A stretch of DNA of 64,000 bases from Diplonema japonicum (lineage: Eukaryota; Protista; Euglenozoa: Diplonemea). The first letter of the stretch is position 1, and the number at the start of each line of letters is the position of its first letter. Position numbers and translations under genes: made by a program. This document shows positions 1 to 10,213 of the stretch, piece after piece. The notes under the pieces were generated by a model. The model was not told the DNA's origin, searched no databases, and saw only the letters and a list, made by a program, of their open reading frames with translations. The stretch spans positions 434,001 to 498,000 of the forward strand of contig OZ025661.1 in assembly GCA_964019335.1 (NCBI GenBank), given 5' to 3'.

Positions 1-1000
1 CCTGCTTCACCACCACTTTGTATATACCTTCCGAGACCTCTTGGCAGAATGCAGGGTTGGCCCGGACCTCCTCTCGGGTCAGATTTTCAAGTTTCAGGTA
101 TATTTCTTCAATGGGAGCGTTTTTAGCTTCGTCGGAAGTGGCTTCTACAACGCGGCCTTTACCCAAGACGAGGATGCCGCCCGTGACGGTTGTGGGCCCT
201 TCGGTGCCGTTCGTGAAGCAAGATGAAATCGTCTCTTGGACCAATGCGGAGAGAGCGTAGGTTTTCCTTGCAGCGTTGGGGAGAGGTGGGGGTGGTGTTG
301 TTCGGAGCAGCATTGCTTCCAGCTCTGTGGGCTGTTGCGGTTTCACATCCACAGGGACGGGGACGGGGGAAGCATTTTGCGAACGAGACTCGGAGAACGA
401 AACCAAATCCTGTTTACCCAATATCGGCGACATCGCAAGCCGCAAAGGTGTGGCCGGTGGTTTCTCTAGACCGGGCTCCATCTCCTCATATGTCGCCATA
501 ATCGATGTTAGCTTGCTTCTAATGGAAATCATGCTGTCCGTGGCGGTTGTGGCATCGAGGTATCTCCTGTTGACCTGATAAGTCGGAGGAGATGATTTAT
601 GTTGCTTCATGTTCCCTACAGGTTCGCCATGGGGTGCGTGGAGGGTCTCTTCCATGAACAGAAACACTTCACCATATTTTTTTTTAAGCCCGGCCACCGT
701 TGCCTGAAGCTTTCTTGTTTTTAACTCCGATACTACCAGGCCTATCCTCTCAAAGGCTTCTTGTGGGTGTACTCCAACCTCGGCTGCACACACAATGTAC
801 ATGTCTTGGACCAGTCGGTAGGCACAGCTATAACTGTTTAGTATATCCAAGACGCCTTCGTTCGCTGTTTTAGCTGCCATTCCAAAAGCTTGGGAAACAG
901 CGCTCCCTACGTAAGCGTTCATTTCAGCTTTGCGATGCAGTGAGAGGTTTGCTTTTGTCTTCGCATCTTGTATGAATAGGGCCTGGATCCCTTCATGCAT
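1..1000 (-). CDS. Longin-like + mu-homology domain protein (TSET medium subunit TCUP / muniscin-like); 3' end runs off the window
   Basis: Not in the ORF track, consistent with no stop before the window edge. Manual translation from ATG 1000 gives MHEGIQALFIQD...AYRLVQDMYIVCAA...KKKYGEVFLFMEETLH (adaptin longin-like). The same frame later reads LVQETISSCFTNG...VTGGILVLG...LKLENL...VRANPAF, resembling the muniscin mu-homology domain. Confidence 0.55.
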   Translation of the reverse strand, partial: MHEGIQALFIQDAKTKANLSLHRKAEMNAYVGSAVSQAFGMAAKTANEGVLDILNSYSCAYRLVQDMYIVCAAEVGVHPQEAFERIGLVVSELKTRKLQATVAGLKKKYGEVFLFMEETLHAPHGEPVGNMKQHKSSPPTYQVNRRYLDATTATDSMISIRSKLTSIMATYEEMEPGLEKPPATPLRLAMSPILGKQDLVSFSESRSQNASPVPVPVDVKPQQPTELEAMLLRTTPPPPLPNAARKTYALSALVQETISSCFTNGTEGPTTVTGGILVLGKGRVVEATSDEAKNAPIEEIYLKLENLTREEVRANPAFCQEVSEGIYKVVVKQ

Positions 1001-1475
1001 TTCCCCTCCCCTTTCCCCCCCCCTTTTTTTTAATTTTGGTGTATTGGTGCAAAACATTTCTTTTTGGATTAAAAAAAAGGGGGGGAGGGGAGAGGGGGAA
1101 AAGCAGAACAAAAAAATTGCTTTTTTTTTCCTCGATCGGTTTTTTTTTCCCCCTATTTTTTCCCACGTCCTTCTTCTTAGGGGGAATCTTCGGGCTTAAC
1201 ACATCCCTCCGTTTTTTTTTTTTTTTTTTTCTTCCTTTTCCCCCCTCTTTTTCTTCTTCTTCTTCTTCTTCTTCTCCCTCCCCAAAGGTACACTTTTTTT
1301 TTAATAAAAAAAAGATCTCCCCTTCTACTTTGCTTATACACTTTTTTTTTTTGGGTTTTGTGTTTTTTGGGTTCATTTTTTTAAACCTTTTATTAAATTT
1401 CACTGTGTTATTTCTCTTTTTCCCTGTGTGTGTTGGGGGTTTTCCTTCCCCTATAAATTCATACCAATTTTTCTT

Positions 1476-2291
1476 TTAGTACCTATCCCTATCATCTCTC
1501 TTCTCCCTCCTATCGTAAGATCTGTCCTCTCTGCTGTCCCTCCTGTAATCACGTTCCCTTCTGTCGTCTCTCCTGTCTCTGTCATCTCTTCTTCTGTCGG
1601 TGTCCCTTTCATCCCTTCTCCTGTCCATGCCCCTTTCATCCCTTCTCCTGTCGGTGTCCCTTTCATCCCTTCTTCTATCCATGTCTCTTTCATCCCTTCT
1701 CCTGCCCATGTCTCTTTCATCCCTTCTGTCTCTTCCCCTGCTGTCTCTCCTCCTGCTAGATGTTGACGGGTATGGTGCGTAGTCAGATCTGAGTGGGTGT
1801 TTTCATCAAAATTATTATTTTTTATGGTACCCTCTGTTCTGTCTCCTGTATTCCCTGTCCCTGCTGTCTCTTCTTTCGGTCCTGTCTCGACTGCTTCTCC
1901 TCCTTGGTGCGTGTCCTGATCTCGGTTCCACCGTGACTTGTCGGTCCCCCAGATACTTCCCGTCGAGTACCTCAATGGCGCCCTTTGCGCAGTTTTCGTC
2001 ACGCAGAGTCACAAAGCAGTAGTTTTTGTTTCTGATGCCCTTCCCGCCGCGCCACATCTCCACAGATTGGACATGGAAACTGTTTTTTTCTTTTTCTTCC
2101 CCCCCCCCCATACTCCTCAAAGAATCTCTCGATGTCCCTCTCCGTGGTGTTTTCTTTGTCGAAATTCACAACAAAGACGATGTTGGAGGTGATCGGCTGG
2201 TCCTTCTTTTTCCTGTTGTCTCCCTTCGAGATCTCTACCCGCAAACGGCTGCCTTTATTTATTTATTTATTTTTAAAATCTTTCTTCGAAG

Positions 2292-2324
<33 letters not shown>

Positions 2325-2519
2325 CCCCCACATACGCCCCGTATCGTGGTCGTTCAAACGGTTCACTGCATCGTCTGCAGAAGACTGGTCCTTGAAAATC
2401 ACGAAGCTGTACTTTTCCTTCATGTCCACTCTGTCCACGACACCGGCCTCCCTGTCGAATAAATCATAGATGTCGCGGGACACCCACGAACGTGGGTAAT
2501 CCGACACATAGACCGACAT
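1476..2519 (-). CDS. SR-like splicing factor: two RRMs plus RD/RE-rich tail, at least 3 small introns
   Basis: Exons MSVYVSD..YSFVIF.. / SRLRVEISKG..IVFVVNF.. / ..NYCFVTL..LGDRQVTVE.. / RRRDERDMD repeats join in frame across GT-AG introns (e.g. 2080-2113, 34 nt). The 3' end is uncertain. Confidence 0.8.
1575..1730 (-). repeat. Coding 27-bp tandem repeat (RRRDERDMD/RRRDERDTD)
   Basis: About 5 units of tcatcccttctcctgtc(c/g)...gtc(c/t)ctt are visible on the plus strand. Confidence 0.85.
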
Positions 2520-2703
2520 TCTTTTTTTTTTTTTCTTCTCCCCCTCCTATTTGTCTTGATTTTGTATCCAAGATAAAAAAAAAAAAAAAAAAGAAGAGAA
2601 AAGGAGTGGGGGGAAGTGAAAAAGAGGGGGGTGACGAGGTTTTTTTTTTTTTCTTTTTTTTTTCCCCCATCTAAAACACACTTTTTTTTTTCCCGTGCCA
2701 CAC

Positions 2704-4986
2704 TTAATCCAAAGCACCGAATAAATCATCATCGAGTTCTGCTTCTACAGAAGGTTGGATCGGCAGCTCTTCTTCTTCTTCCATCGCTTTCAAGAACATC
2801 TCCGCTTCCTGTTTCGTGACCTTTGAGTCGGGCGCCTCGTGTGTGGTTATCAAGGTAATGTTCAATGTCTGCAACAACGTCCAGAACTTTTGTTTCTGCC
2901 CGGAGACACATAACTTTTTAACGGAAGAAAGGTAAGTGTTGAAGGCCTCGGCCTCGTCCTCACAAACGCAAGCTTCACGAAGCGCCTGGATACATTCTTT
3001 TGCCTTGTTGTACAACTGGCTGCGAATGGAGTCTTGAAGGAGCTTTGTGATGACATTCTGCATTTCTGTGATGGCTTGCTGGACAAAATCCCCATCCACG
3101 CGTGTGATCATGGCTTTGAAGTCAGAGACAGGTGTCACGGTGGTAATGGTTGAAACAACCGTTTTGTCAAGAACTCTATCTACGTCAAGCGTTTTTTCAA
3201 ATGTGGATTTATTGTCGTTGGTGTTGGTGGCGTTCCAGTATGATGCGCCTGTGGTGTTCGATCCATCGTCGGTGACGCCGAGCTTGGGTTTTTTCGCAGG
3301 CGGTGCGTCGATGTCAACAGGACCTCTTCCGTCTGCGAACCAGTATTTTTTCCCTTCGGTTCCCTTGCCCTCAACCCTGTCGACGAGCTTCACAGACATG
3401 ACGTTTTTGAGGTTTTCAATATGCGGTACAGCGCCTCTGAAGAAACCTGCTAAGTTGTTGTTTTCCGATGCGAATAAACAACAGGATTTTGCGATTTTCG
3501 AGTCGACAGGGGGTAGTGCCGCGTCCGGTTTCAACAACCTCGCACGCACTGCCTGTTGGAAGTACTGTACAGTAGGGTTGTACACGTCACGCGGTCGAAG
3601 TGCTTCGCATGGTTCCTGCGTGTCCTCGTCCATCCCAGCATCACATAGATCCATTGTGTTTATAACGGCTTCTGCAGAGCGGAGCTGTTCTGCTGTTAGA
3701 GTTTCGTTGGCTTGGTTTTTGAAATCGTATTTCCGGAGATCCTCGCAGTAAGGCAGCTCGTTCATCATCAGGCAGCGTTTTCCGCTTGTAATGTGCGGCC
3801 ACGCGACGCATAGTGTTGGTTCTGTGTAGTTTCGCTTCACCACGCGCAGTACGGCGCCCATGTCTGTCTCGTAGAGGGCCTGAACGAACGGCAGGAATGC
3901 GGACTCCGCATCGGTGTCCGCGCATGGCGTTGTCAGCACACAGCTCCCGTGCATGAGATGATGTCTTCTAATTGAGGTTTTCGGTACGAACGCCAACACC
4001 TTCATCCCCTTCAACCCACCGTCAAATTTCAAAACCTGACTATCAACCTCGTTGAACGGGACCACCGTGCACCCGTACCTGTAAGCCTTCACTCTATCAT
4101 CTTCAAGAACTTCAATATCCGTGTCGTCAGATCTGAAGTACCTCCGTTCTAGGTTAACCTTCCCTGCTGAGTCTTCATCCGCTTTTTTGGAAATCTTGCG
4201 AAGTGTGGCTAACTTGAATTTGTTTGTTTTCATGTAAGCGAAAAGGGGTATTTTCAGATCCTCTCCGAACTCCAAGCAGGCTCTTGTTGCGGTTCGTTGA
4301 GACACACTACGTGCAGAGAGATCGGTGAGGCGACGGAGGGCCGTTTCAAGAGGGGTGATGATCGAGTCGTGTCCGATTGTACCCACCATGTGGTGGAGGA
4401 CCTTTTCGTTTTGTTGTTTGCTGGTGAGGTCGGCCCAGTCCTCCTCTTGAGCAGCCTGTTCGGGTGTGAGATACGTGAAGTCAACGCCAACGATAATGAG
4501 AGAAATTTCGTTGAGCTGAAATGACTGCACGACTGCCTCTAAATCTTCTTTTTTGTTCACATCGTCCCCAGCTGACGTGAACAGAAACACCCTCTTGCGG
4601 AAACGGAGCTTTTTAACACGTGCGTTGAGCAAATCGCCGGCCACGACAAGGGAGTCTATCATATCCATTTTGCCGCCGTCACATTTCACGCCCTTTAGTT
4701 TTCTGATGTCCTCTGGTGAGGGTTTTCCAATTGGCGTTAGGACGGTGATATTCTGGTACTCCCCAGGGTATTGAACAGCTAATGGGTTGTGCGTGTCGGC
4801 TGTTCCCGCCAGAACCACCCCCACCTCGTCCTGGTGGCTGTACTGTATTTTCTTCAGGAGATACTCGGCAATAGCTGCGCGGCCCTCTTCTACCACTTTA
4901 GAGTCTCCTTTTGACAGCTCCTTCATATGTTTTCCAAGGTCCCATATGACCACAACAGCTTCTTTGCTAGGTGGTGCTTTGCTCAT
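2704..4986 (-). CDS. KU80: Ku80 DNA end-binding subunit
   Basis: 760 aa intronless ORF with a vWA N-terminus (KEAVVVIWDLG..DEVGVVLAGT), Ku core (KAYRYGCTVVPF, LPYCEDLRKYDF, NPTVQ) and Ku80 C-terminal helical domain. Confidence 0.95.
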   Translation of the reverse strand: MSKAPPSKEAVVVIWDLGKHMKELSKGDSKVVEEGRAAIAEYLLKKIQYSHQDEVGVVLAGTADTHNPLAVQYPGEYQNITVLTPIGKPSPEDIRKLKGVKCDGGKMDMIDSLVVAGDLLNARVKKLRFRKRVFLFTSAGDDVNKKEDLEAVVQSFQLNEISLIIVGVDFTYLTPEQAAQEEDWADLTSKQQNEKVLHHMVGTIGHDSIITPLETALRRLTDLSARSVSQRTATRACLEFGEDLKIPLFAYMKTNKFKLATLRKISKKADEDSAGKVNLERRYFRSDDTDIEVLEDDRVKAYRYGCTVVPFNEVDSQVLKFDGGLKGMKVLAFVPKTSIRRHHLMHGSCVLTTPCADTDAESAFLPFVQALYETDMGAVLRVVKRNYTEPTLCVAWPHITSGKRCLMMNELPYCEDLRKYDFKNQANETLTAEQLRSAEAVINTMDLCDAGMDEDTQEPCEALRPRDVYNPTVQYFQQAVRARLLKPDAALPPVDSKIAKSCCLFASENNNLAGFFRGAVPHIENLKNVMSVKLVDRVEGKGTEGKKYWFADGRGPVDIDAPPAKKPKLGVTDDGSNTTGASYWNATNTNDNKSTFEKTLDVDRVLDKTVVSTITTVTPVSDFKAMITRVDGDFVQQAITEMQNVITKLLQDSIRSQLYNKAKECIQALREACVCEDEAEAFNTYLSSVKKLCVSGQKQKFWTLLQTLNITLITTHEAPDSKVTKQEAEMFLKAMEEEEELPIQPSVEAELDDDLFGALD

Positions 4987-5932
4987 TTTTTTTTTTTTAA
5001 TTTCAGTGTAGATTTTTTTTTTTTTTCAAAACTTTTTTTTTTAATTTTTACTTCGGAGGAAAAAGGGGTGGTAACAAATAATAATAGGTAAGCCAGTTAA
5101 GCCAAAAAATTAAAGTTGGCTCGTACTTTTTATCTTTGGCTGTAAGTAAAAACGGTGGGGGGGGGGGGGGGGGGGTTTCCCCTTTTTTTTCGCTAGCAGT
5201 TTCTTTTGTCACTTTTTCTCTCGTTTCCCTATCTTTTGTTCTAATGCGTTTCCGCAGTTATCTTTGCTGCAAAGTAATATTAAAAAAAAAAAAGGGAATG
5301 AGGAAAAAATTAGGGCGAGGGTGATTGACTTGTCAATTCCCATTCAGAAGATGTACTTTTCGCCTTCTGTTTCCGCATCTCTTCAGCCAAGCATGTTTTA
5401 TTCAGCTGACCACGAAACTCAGTGCTTTTTTTCCCTAATCTCGATTCTAATCGGAAACTGTACTGACGAGTATATCATATCCCTCCCCCTTCCCCCCCCA
5501 CCCCCTCTTCTTCATATATTGCGATCTTGCCGCAAAAAGAAGAAGGAAACCGAAAGAGATAGCTTCTCTTTTTTGATGGCCTTTCTCCCCCCCCCCTTTT
5601 TTTTCCCATCGAACGATTGCCTTTCCACAAAAAAAAGCAAAAAGAAAAAAAAAAGAAACTCAAATTAACATGCAAACCCCTAAAAAGGGAGGGGGTATGG
5701 TCAGTACTAGGTATCTCTCTCAGTTTTGATCTAATCTTGCGACTCCTCCAAGTGCTGATCTCTTCAGGCAAGTAGCACCCTTCTATGGAGAGTACTTTTC
5801 CCGACCACGGTTTCCGCAAAAAAAAAAAAATACCATGAAGAAAAAGAAGGGGGGTAACTTATTTTTCTCTTTCTCTTTTTTTCTTTTTTTTTTTTTTGGT
5901 GGCGAACTGGACCTCACCCCATGTTCCTCATC

Positions 5933-7498
5933 TTAGCAAAGACAAACAGGTGCGGAGATGGAAGCATTGCCCGCATCAGAAGGACACCATGGACTAGGAA
6001 GAGGCCCCGTCTGACTGAATACCACAAAGGCAGTAGCCTCCTTGGTGAGGCTGGGTATTTCAACAGTATGGCCAGCCTGCACCTGAATACGGTAAGACAC
6101 CATGCGTTCCTCAGCAACCCCGTACCGAGGAGCACAGGAAGAGGGTGCAAATCCAGCACGAGGAAGGAGATAAGGAAACCCACCGTCCACCTCATCCGAA
6201 CAAGGCGGGCAGTGATAGTGAGACAAAACAAACTCACAAACATCAGCACAACAAGTCAGTTTCAAATCCATGTAATCAGCACACGGCAACATAGGCAGGT
6301 GCATGTTCATCTCTCGCATGCTTTCCGGAATATCGGTTAATGTCATGTCTGCTGAACTATACTGTATAGCCCCTTTCAAAGGAACAGCCTCAACATTTTC
6401 TGCACCAATCTTCACTTGTACACCATTCACACACGGAGCAGGAACAGGGCCACGAGGGGGCGGGGGATTGATCCAGGCACACCCATTGTAACCTGTTCCA
6501 TCCACTCTCCAGACACCTTTGCCTTGTTCGTTTACGCATTTAATCTTTCCAAGGCTTACCTGTTCTCCGAAGCCGTTGCACGTGTAAGTACAGCTTGTCC
6601 CCACGGGAGATGTGATCGAAGAACAATGCCCCGCCACCCCGTTGATGTACGGGCTTATACCACGCGTGTTCCTGTTGAGCTCGGAGGGGACCATGCACAC
6701 CACATCGCTCGTGCATAGTTCGGTGGTACCACCGCTCCATGTCGCTGTGCCGTCGCCGTTGTCCACGCACTCCATGATGCGGGTTTTAGAGTAACCAGGC
6801 TGACATCGAAACTGGCATAGTTCACCTGCTTCGATTGACGTGGATGCACCATCACACTCCAGCAGTGACCATGGTACCATGTTTGCTGTGAGAGAAGATG
6901 GCGGGGAATCTGTGCACTTTGCCGGTCCATTGTTAACCGACACATGGAACACCCAAGGAAGCTTGGGAAGTGAACAGGGTAACGTTCGAGAACAGGGAAC
7001 AAGGCTGGTCTCGTTAAGCCATGCTGTGAACACCCCGGACTCGACACCTTTTACAACCCCATAGTAAAACTCAGTAAGCACACCCGTTGAGACGGTGATC
7101 GTTGTGCTGCCTTTAACACCAAGAGCGTAGTTACCAGTGTCGCGGTTGTAGCATTCGATCGAACTGTCGGCAAAGAGTGGTACACTGTCCTCGGGGTCTA
7201 CTAGTCCTAAACAGTTCATCTTGAGGTATGTTTCGAAGTCGTCTGTCACCGTGTCTGCCCCTACCTCCATTCCTTCGTTGATGGGCTTGCAGAAACCCTG
7301 CAGTCTGGCGGTAGTGATCTTTGCACTGCCGTCTCTCATGTGGACTGCTCCCGTAACATTCTCGCCGCCCCCACTGCCGTACGCCATGAGCCACATCGCA
7401 AAGGTACCAGGTTGTTGTTTTGATGTAGCCGTGCAGATGACCGCAAGCTGCGCTTCCACATGGATCAGCAGTCCGCATAGGACACTGATTAGCAACAT
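5933..7498 (-). CDS. Secreted cysteine-rich protein with two Sushi/CCP-like modules
   Basis: Likely start MLLISVLCGLLIHVEA (signal peptide). CCP-like motifs GELCQFRCQPGY..C..W and GTSCTYTC..C..W, followed by a Cys-rich C-terminal domain. Confidence 0.6.
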   Translation of the reverse strand: MLLISVLCGLLIHVEAQLAVICTATSKQQPGTFAMWLMAYGSGGGENVTGAVHMRDGSAKITTARLQGFCKPINEGMEVGADTVTDDFETYLKMNCLGLVDPEDSVPLFADSSIECYNRDTGNYALGVKGSTTITVSTGVLTEFYYGVVKGVESGVFTAWLNETSLVPCSRTLPCSLPKLPWVFHVSVNNGPAKCTDSPPSSLTANMVPWSLLECDGASTSIEAGELCQFRCQPGYSKTRIMECVDNGDGTATWSGGTTELCTSDVVCMVPSELNRNTRGISPYINGVAGHCSSITSPVGTSCTYTCNGFGEQVSLGKIKCVNEQGKGVWRVDGTGYNGCAWINPPPPRGPVPAPCVNGVQVKIGAENVEAVPLKGAIQYSSADMTLTDIPESMREMNMHLPMLPCADYMDLKLTCCADVCEFVLSHYHCPPCSDEVDGGFPYLLPRAGFAPSSCAPRYGVAEERMVSYRIQVQAGHTVEIPSLTKEATAFVVFSQTGPLPSPWCPSDAGNASISAPVCLC

Positions 7499-8034
7499 GT
7501 GAAGGGACCTTGATGTGCTGTGAGAGTGAATGGGGGGATAAATAAAACACTTACCAGTATGCTTTACTACGGAAGATAAGAAAAAGCCATGATGGGGGGG
7601 GGAGGGATTGCCGTAAAAAAAAAAAAAAAAAAAAAACGATTGAGTTCGAGTGCTTTTTGGTACTCGAAGAGGAGAAACAAAAAAAAGAGACATTTACAAA
7701 AGGAAAAGAAATGGGGCTTTGATTGCAACACTAGGTGGCGTTAAGCGTGCAATGCAAGAAACATCCCAGGATCTGAATCCCGTCTTTTAATGGTGTAGTC
7801 AAAAAAAAAGGGGGGGAGGGGAGAAGAAAAGTCAACATATTCTTCTTCTTTGCATGTGTGTGGGGAGTTCTTTTTTTTTTTTTTTTTAAAGGAACATGAA
7901 AAAATACGGGTTCAGATGTGAATTCAGGATTCAGGTTTCGGGCTATTTTATTTGTACCCCGCTCAACCACTTACTAGGGGAGGGGACGGCAGCAATGTGT
8001 AAGGGTCGGCGAAGAGGAAAAAAGAGTCAGCTGA

Positions 8035-8098
8035 TTGTTTGTGCAAGCCGTTTTCACCTACAGTAGGGATAAACGGACAAGCTGCCTCTACTCTTTTT
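8035..8098. repeat. Dispersed ~65-bp repeat, copy 1 (copy 2 at 22074-22144)
   Basis: ttgtttgtgcaagc.g..ttcacctacagt..ggata(a)..cggacaagctgcctctactctttt is shared by both loci. Confidence 0.8.
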
Positions 8099-8552
8099 TG
8101 CAATAACAATTCTATTCAAAAATTTGTTTACTTGTTCCAGCAAAAAAAAAAAAAGAAAAAAGAGTGAAAGGAGTCATATCCTTCCTACCAAAGGCCTGAA
8201 AGAAAAGGTTAAAGCTAAAGTTTGGTATTTTGTACCCGCCTGGTGTACGCGACTCAAGTTACATTAGATCAAGGGGCTGATCCCAAGAATCTGATTCGCT
8301 TTTTCTAAACTGAAACCATGGAGGAGACAGTGGTTTGCATAACACCTAGGAAGACTTATTGTTCGCATTAAGAGAGAAGAAGAGAAAAAAAAAAAAAAAG
8401 AAGGTAAGTAAGGATGGCATGAAATGCCTTCTTACTCAGCAAAAAGTGGTTCACTTTTTCTTCTCCTCACGCATTGAAACAAAAAAAAAGAGAAAACGTT
8501 CTTTTTTGGGAGGGAGGGGGGGGGAGAGAGAGAGAAGAATGTGACACCTTAC

Positions 8553-10016
8553 CTACAGCTTGCTGCGCATGTGCAACGCATTAAGGATGTTTGCATAGCT
8601 CCACGTGAGGCCGAAGGCGGAGAGCTGGTGCCCATCGTTCTTATCGATCTGCTCATAGACAACACCGTTCCCCTGCACATGGTAGTGCACACGGGTCATG
8701 ATGGAGTCACCAGCCGCCTTTGCAGAGGCGATGAGCTGAGCAGGGGTGTCGGCCTTCAGGTGCTCCCTCCACCCACGGAACTCTTCTGTCTTAAATGGCA
8801 TCTCCCTTGCTGTGCCCTGGTACGCGTTGTGCGCTCCCACCCCGTGTGCCACCTTGTAGTACAGCTCCGCCACTGCCGTGGACAGCAGCTGCCACGGGTT
8901 CCCGCCACCGTACTTGTCGTTGGGGTACCTCCCAATCAGCACCCCTGGCACGCCGTTCTTGGTGTCCTTGTTGTTGATCGGGTACTGCGCGCAGAACACC
9001 TGCTCGTAGAACGCCACCGTCTTCGCAGCCTTGTCCCCCAGCGGGCCGTACTCCGTGTCGTTCCCACCGAAGCTAGCAATGGCGTGGATCACTGCCCCGT
9101 CCACCTCCCTCATTGTCGCCTCGAAGAAGTAGTACCCGTTCCAGTGCCCTGCGAGGGAGCTCCTGACAGCCGCTGCCGTCGCTTTGTACTGTGCTGCGTC
9201 AGACGTCTCGCCGATCTTCGTGAAGAACGCCGCTGCCTCGTTCAAGGCGTGCACGTACGCCATGCGGTTCCAGAAGAAGTCTGTGGACTGGACCTCCTCC
9301 CACAGGTCGCACCCGTTGGACTGCCAGTTGTTCACAACCCACCCAAGGTCTGTCTTGATAAGTTCCACCACCTCTGCTACCTCGGCATTGAGACCTTGCG
9401 CACGGAGAATCTCACCCCACACGGTCATGGAGTTGGCGCGCAGGGCGGGGCCGTCAGTCTGGGGCCTGCACCACCCGCCGGGGAAGACTTCACCAGACGG
9501 AAGCTCGAACTTGGGTTCTGTCAGCACGCTGATGTCGTGCGGGTCCTGCTCTGCCTGGCGGGCCTTCACCCAACCCGTGTAGGCTGTCATGACCGTCTTC
9601 ACTTCAGTGTAGGAGTCGTTGCTGGTCTTCATGTATGCAACAGTGGAGAGCCCAGCATCACGCATCCAGTGGTAGTAGTACGACCCACCGCCGTTCACCA
9701 TGGTGTCGGGAGAGGCGACAACACCCCCGCTCCCATCGATGTTGAGGTTCTTTCTGAAGTTGTTCTTCATCTCGGATATGAACCCGGGTGTGAACCCAGT
9801 GCCAGAGGCTGTCATCTTCAACTCACCACATGCGTCCACCCCAGCAGGGAAGAAGCACCAAGGATCCTGTGACCCCATCCCTGCAGGCGACCAGCAGCAC
9901 CCACTCGCCTCACATTGCTGCTGGTTCGTCCCGATATGCCCGCAGTCCACCCTGTCCGCGTCGGGGACGCTACACTGTGCACCGAGCGCAACAAGAGGCA
10001 GTACTGTTAACAACAT
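8553..10016 (-). CDS. Secreted glucoamylase (GH15) with N-terminal trefoil/P-type domain
   Basis: Signal peptide MLLTVLPLVALGA; trefoil RVDCG..CEASGCCW..PWCF; GH15 motifs YYYHWMRDAG, EPKF, WCRPQTDGPALRA, DLWEE, GRYPND.Y.GGNPW, LTWSYA. Confidence 0.93.
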   Translation of the reverse strand: MLLTVLPLVALGAQCSVPDADRVDCGHIGTNQQQCEASGCCWSPAGMGSQDPWCFFPAGVDACGELKMTASGTGFTPGFISEMKNNFRKNLNIDGSGGVVASPDTMVNGGGSYYYHWMRDAGLSTVAYMKTSNDSYTEVKTVMTAYTGWVKARQAEQDPHDISVLTEPKFELPSGEVFPGGWCRPQTDGPALRANSMTVWGEILRAQGLNAEVAEVVELIKTDLGWVVNNWQSNGCDLWEEVQSTDFFWNRMAYVHALNEAAAFFTKIGETSDAAQYKATAAAVRSSLAGHWNGYYFFEATMREVDGAVIHAIASFGGNDTEYGPLGDKAAKTVAFYEQVFCAQYPINNKDTKNGVPGVLIGRYPNDKYGGGNPWQLLSTAVAELYYKVAHGVGAHNAYQGTAREMPFKTEEFRGWREHLKADTPAQLIASAKAAGDSIMTRVHYHVQGNGVVYEQIDKNDGHQLSAFGLTWSYANILNALHMRSKL

Positions 10017-10213
10017 TTTTTTTTTCTTTTTCTTATTTATCAGACCAGGTTTTTTTTTTTCTCCCTCTTCTGAGTGCGGGTTCGCTGGTAAAAAAAAAGA
10101 AAAAAAAAGAAAAAAAGCTAGCGGAGTAGAAAGGAAAACCCTTCCATACCGGAAAAAAAAGTTTTTTTTATGGGATAAAAAGAAGAAAAAAAAAAAAAAA
10201 AAAGGAGGGTGTA

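Noticed and set aside
8541-9872. Long plus-strand ORFs (also 62731-63780 and 33528-34262)
   Set aside because: Antisense shadows of GC-rich minus-strand genes.
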